From assembly GCA_035508655.1 (NCBI GenBank), contig DATJMP010000123.1, positions 6,386 to 70,385 on the forward strand: DNA of 64,000 nucleotides, read 5' to 3'. The stretch is from Bryobacteraceae bacterium. GTDB lineage: Bacteria; Acidobacteriota; Terriglobia; Bryobacterales; Bryobacteraceae. The notes beneath the pieces are model-generated. The model saw only the letters and a program-made list of their open reading frames with translations, ran no database searches and was not told where the DNA came from. Numbering within the stretch: the first letter of the stretch is position 1; every line of letters begins with the position of its first letter. Below, piece after piece: positions 61,084 through 64,000 of this stretch. The position numbers and the translations under genes were made by a program.

Positions 61084-62040
61084 ATGGATCTTCTCGAACT
61101 GCGGGCGGAAGGGGTCTACTGCGCGGCGGGAGATTTCTATATCGACCCGTGGGAAACGGTGGAACGGGCCGTGATTTCGAACGCGGGCCGCGCGCGGGCC
61201 GGGTGCGGCGCCTATCTGACGGCCCGCAGCGGCGCCGGTCTGGTGGCGCAACGAACCGCGGCCGGCGCGGGCATCCAAACGGCCGCGTACGGGGAGCGGA
61301 AAGCCATGGGAGACGCGATGGTGTCGCTCCATCCCGCAGGGTATATGCCCGGTTCGGCGCAGGTGCGGATTGAGTTGGGAGGAGAGGTGTGGGTCTTCGC
61401 CAGCGATTTCCGGCCGGCGGTGGACGGGACGTGCGAACCGTTCGAGCCGATCCGCTGCCACACGCTGCTCACGGGAGCGGCGTTCGCGCTGCCGATCTTC
61501 CGCTGGCCGGCGGTGGAGGAAACCATGGCGGCCATTCACGAGTGGTGGCGGGCGAACCGGGAGGCAGGGAAGACGAGCGTGCTGTATGCGGCGCCGCTGG
61601 GGCTGGCACAGCGGGTGCTGGCGAGGCTGGACGTCTCGATAGGCGGAATCTGGTTGCACGAGGAAGTCGAAAGGTATTGCGCGATTTATCGGGCCGGAGG
61701 AATCGACCTGCCGGCCGGAGGCGAGGAGCGGAGCGCGACGCTGAAGATCGTACCGCCGGGATCGACCCCGGGATCGGGCGAGCGCGGGGCGCGGGTTTCC
61801 ACGGCGATGGTTTCGGGCTGGATGCGCATTCGCGGCACGCGGCGGAGGCGGTCGCTCGACCGCGGTTTCGTACTTTCGGGGCAGGCGGATTGGCCGGAAA
61901 TTCTGGGCGCGATCGATGCCACGGGCGCGGAGACGGTCTGGGTGCTGCACGGGTTCAGGGCGCCCCTGGGGCGCTGGCTGGAGGAGCACGGGCGGCGGGC
62001 GCGGGTGGTGGAAACGCGCTTCGAGGAGACGGAAGGGTGA
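61084..62040 (+). CDS. Ligase-associated DNA damage response exonuclease homologue (MBL/beta-CASP fold), apparently with a degenerate active site
   Basis: MDLLELRAEGVYCAAGDFYIDPW...SLHPAGYMPGSAQVRIE...CEPFEPIRCHTLL...GWMRIRGTRRRRSLDRGFVLSGQADW is collinear with the family. The expected HxHxDH position reads SNAGRARAG. Confidence 0.8.
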   Translation: MDLLELRAEGVYCAAGDFYIDPWETVERAVISNAGRARAGCGAYLTARSGAGLVAQRTAAGAGIQTAAYGERKAMGDAMVSLHPAGYMPGSAQVRIELGGEVWVFASDFRPAVDGTCEPFEPIRCHTLLTGAAFALPIFRWPAVEETMAAIHEWWRANREAGKTSVLYAAPLGLAQRVLARLDVSIGGIWLHEEVERYCAIYRAGGIDLPAGGEERSATLKIVPPGSTPGSGERGARVSTAMVSGWMRIRGTRRRRSLDRGFVLSGQADWPEILGAIDATGAETVWVLHGFRAPLGRWLEEHGRRARVVETRFEETEG

Positions 62041-63689
62041 AGCGCTTCGCCGAACTTTACGCCGCGTTGGACGAGACCACCAAAACCAGCGCAAAGGTGG
62101 CCGCCCTGGAGCGTTACTTCCGCGCGGTGCCGCCGGAGGACGCGGCTTGGGCGCTGAGCTTCCTGATCGGGCGGCGCCCCAAGCGGCTGCTGGAATCGCG
62201 CAAGCTGGCGCAATGGGCGATGGAAGAGGCCGGCGTTCCGGACTGGCTGTTCGCCGAGTGTTTCCATGCGGTGGGCGATTTCGCCGAGACCATTGCCCTG
62301 CTGCTGCCGAAGGCGGGAGCGTCCACCGCCCTGCCGCTGCACTACTGGGTGGAAGAGAGGATGCTGCCGATGCGCGAAGCCGATGACGACATCCGGCGCG
62401 CGTGGCTGGTGGAGGCCTGGCGAGCCATGGACGACGGGCAGCGGTTCGCGTGGAACAAGCTGCTGACGGGCGAATTCCGCGTGGGCGTTTCGCAGAGGCT
62501 GGTGGTGCGAGCCGTGGCGGAGGCGAGCGGCCATTCAACGGATGCTATTGCGCACCGGCTGATGGGCGACTGGCAGCCCTCGGCCGCATTCTGGGCGCGG
62601 CTCATCGAGCCGGAGCGCAGCGTTCCGAGCCGCGACCGTGAGGGCGCGGTCTTGCCCGCCGAGGTCGAAGCCTCAAAATCGCCCATTCCCAGCACCGATC
62701 TCAGCCGGCCGTATCCGTTCTGCCTGGCGTATCCGCTGGAAGGCGCGGTGGACGAATTGGGCGACCGGCAGGAGTGGCAGGTGGAATGGAAGTGGGACGG
62801 CATTCGGGCGCAGCTCATCCGGCGGCGGGGGCAGACGTTCCTGTGGTCGCGCGGGGAGGAGCTGATTACGGAGCGGTTTCCGGAGATCGCGGCGGCGGGC
62901 GCGCGGCTGCCGGATGGGACGGTGATGGATGGCGAGGTGCTGGCCTGGAGGGACGGTGTGCCGCTGGGGTTCGCGCAGATGCAGCGGCGGATCGGGCGCA
63001 AGGAGCTGACGAAGCGGATTCTGGCCGAGGTGCCGGCGGTGCTGCTGGCGTTCGACCTGCTGGAATGGAACGGCGAGGACGTGCGCGAGCGGCCTCTCGA
63101 ATGGCGGCGGGCACGGCTGGAGGAGGCGGCGCCGGCGGCGGCCGAGGCGGTAGTGGTTTCGCCGGTGGTGCTGGAAGAGAGCTGGGAAGAACTGAAGAAG
63201 GTGCGGGAAGAATCGCGGCTGCGCAAGGTGGAAGGCTTCATGCTGAAGCGGCTGGGCTCGCGGTACGGCGTGGGGCGGCGGCGCGGCGATTGGTGGAAAT
63301 GGAAGATCGATCCGTACTCGGTGGATTGCGTATTGATCTACGCGCAGCCGGGGCACGGGCGGCGGGCAAGCCTGTTCACGGATTACACTTTCGGCATCTG
63401 GGACAACGGCAAGCTGGTGCCGTTCGCCAAAGCCTATTCCGGGCTGAGCGATGAAGAGATCCGGGAAGTGGATGCATTCGTCCGCCGGAACACCATCGGG
63501 ACATTCGGACCGGTGCACGCGGTGAAGCCGGAGCTGGTATTCGAGCTGGCGTTCGAGGGGATTCAGAAATCGGGACGGCATGCATCGGGGATCGCGGTGC
63601 GGTTCCCGCGCATGGCGCGCTGGCGGCACGACAAGCGGCCGGAGGACGCGGATTCGGTGGATACGATCCGGGCGTTGCTGGGAGCGTGA
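62037..63689 (+). CDS. ATP-dependent DNA ligase (ligase-associated damage-response type)
   Basis: In frame with track ORF 61389..63689. GTG 62037 overlaps the upstream stop as GTGA. VKRFAELYAALDETTKTSAKV...; motif I EWKWDGIRAQ; FDLL, EGFMLK, WWKWK motifs. Confidence 0.9.
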   Translation: MKRFAELYAALDETTKTSAKVAALERYFRAVPPEDAAWALSFLIGRRPKRLLESRKLAQWAMEEAGVPDWLFAECFHAVGDFAETIALLLPKAGASTALPLHYWVEERMLPMREADDDIRRAWLVEAWRAMDDGQRFAWNKLLTGEFRVGVSQRLVVRAVAEASGHSTDAIAHRLMGDWQPSAAFWARLIEPERSVPSRDREGAVLPAEVEASKSPIPSTDLSRPYPFCLAYPLEGAVDELGDRQEWQVEWKWDGIRAQLIRRRGQTFLWSRGEELITERFPEIAAAGARLPDGTVMDGEVLAWRDGVPLGFAQMQRRIGRKELTKRILAEVPAVLLAFDLLEWNGEDVRERPLEWRRARLEEAAPAAAEAVVVSPVVLEESWEELKKVREESRLRKVEGFMLKRLGSRYGVGRRRGDWWKWKIDPYSVDCVLIYAQPGHGRRASLFTDYTFGIWDNGKLVPFAKAYSGLSDEEIREVDAFVRRNTIGTFGPVHAVKPELVFELAFEGIQKSGRHASGIAVRFPRMARWRHDKRPEDADSVDTIRALLGA

Positions 63690-64000
63690 TTCGGACAGTG
63701 GGCCGGTTTCGTTACGAAGGGTGGGCTCACCGCCTAGCCTGGCTGACCCCAAAGAGCCAGGCGATAACTTCGGGAATGGTATCGACCAATATGGTATCGG
63801 CTGACAGAGTTCGGTACGTAACGGACGGCAGGCGGCAGGCAGGGGATCATGGACGTATGTGAGGCAGCCACAATGCGGCAGGCGAGGGCGAGCACCGTTC
63901 CTCCGGAAGGAGTCCGGTCTTCGATCTCGTTGCCTCGCGGCTAGTGGACTGTCCCGGTCAATTCGTCACCGGCCAACGTTCCCTTACGGTGGCGGCTTCG

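Noticed and set aside
60913-62538. 541-aa minus-strand ORF and similar long ORFs (61686..62534, 62342..63241, 62673..63752) across the exonuclease and ligase genes
   Set aside because: Their composition is extreme in Pro/Arg/Ala with no motifs. The plus-strand frames carry unambiguous ligase and exonuclease family motifs.
63690-64000. Coding potential after the ligase gene (short plus-strand ORF from ATG about 63849; minus-strand frame entering from the right edge and stopping near 63944)
   Set aside because: The fragments are too short or truncated to support a call, and no motif was recognised.
1-64000. rRNA, tRNA, tmRNA, RNase P RNA and riboswitches
   Set aside because: I inspected gaps longer than 150 bp by eye and saw no cloverleaf-like or known conserved cores. 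This is not exhaustive; tRNAscan-SE and cmscan would be decisive.

Overview
GC-rich segment (low-60s % by eye, not computed). Gene content suggests a soil Acidobacteriota-like chromosome (Tat-signal Gfo/Idh/MocA, GH92, hopanoid hpnIJ, bshA, TPR proteins, flagellar genes); this taxonomy is inference only. I support about 60 protein genes, one ISNCY-type insertion sequence and several repeat or regulatory elements. I recognised no rRNA, tRNA or CRISPR. Many long ORFs in the track are antisense or overprinted GC artefacts (Arg/Pro/Ala-rich), and several real genes needed their starts trimmed. ORF-track starts include GTG and TTG. Layout: 1-12.5 kb mixed metabolism and transport; 12.5-14.1 kb IS element; 14.1-25.5 kb candidate neutral-lipid/wax-ester island with a phasin-like protein, PhaR and an ABC1 kinase; 26-42.6 kb exported hydrolases, bshA, hpt, rnc and TPR proteins; 42.7-47 kb phzF and hopanoid hpnI-hpnJ; 47.4-51.7 kb flgM-(flgN-like)-flgK-flgL plus a sigma-54 activator; 52.5-54 kb cytidylate-kinase-like/T7-endonuclease-I-like fusion coupled to a second hpt; 54.2-57.2 kb two-component system; 57.4-58.7 kb MBL hydrolase plus CMD-family gene; 60.7-63.7 kb ligase-associated DNA-damage-response genes. 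Most notable: (1) an in-frame UGA at the catalytic Cys of the AhpD/CMD-family gene with an fdhF-like SECIS hairpin, so a probable selenoprotein split into two ORFs; (2) the kinase-like/nuclease-like fusion translationally coupled to an extra HPRT, an undescribed gene pair; (3) a six-repeat phasin-like protein divergent from phaR across a CTGC-N3-GCAG palindrome, inside a lipid-metabolism neighbourhood; (4) a ligase-associated exonuclease homologue whose metallo-beta-lactamase metal-ligand motifs appear substituted; (5) two families of heptad-based palindromic or G-tract intergenic elements.
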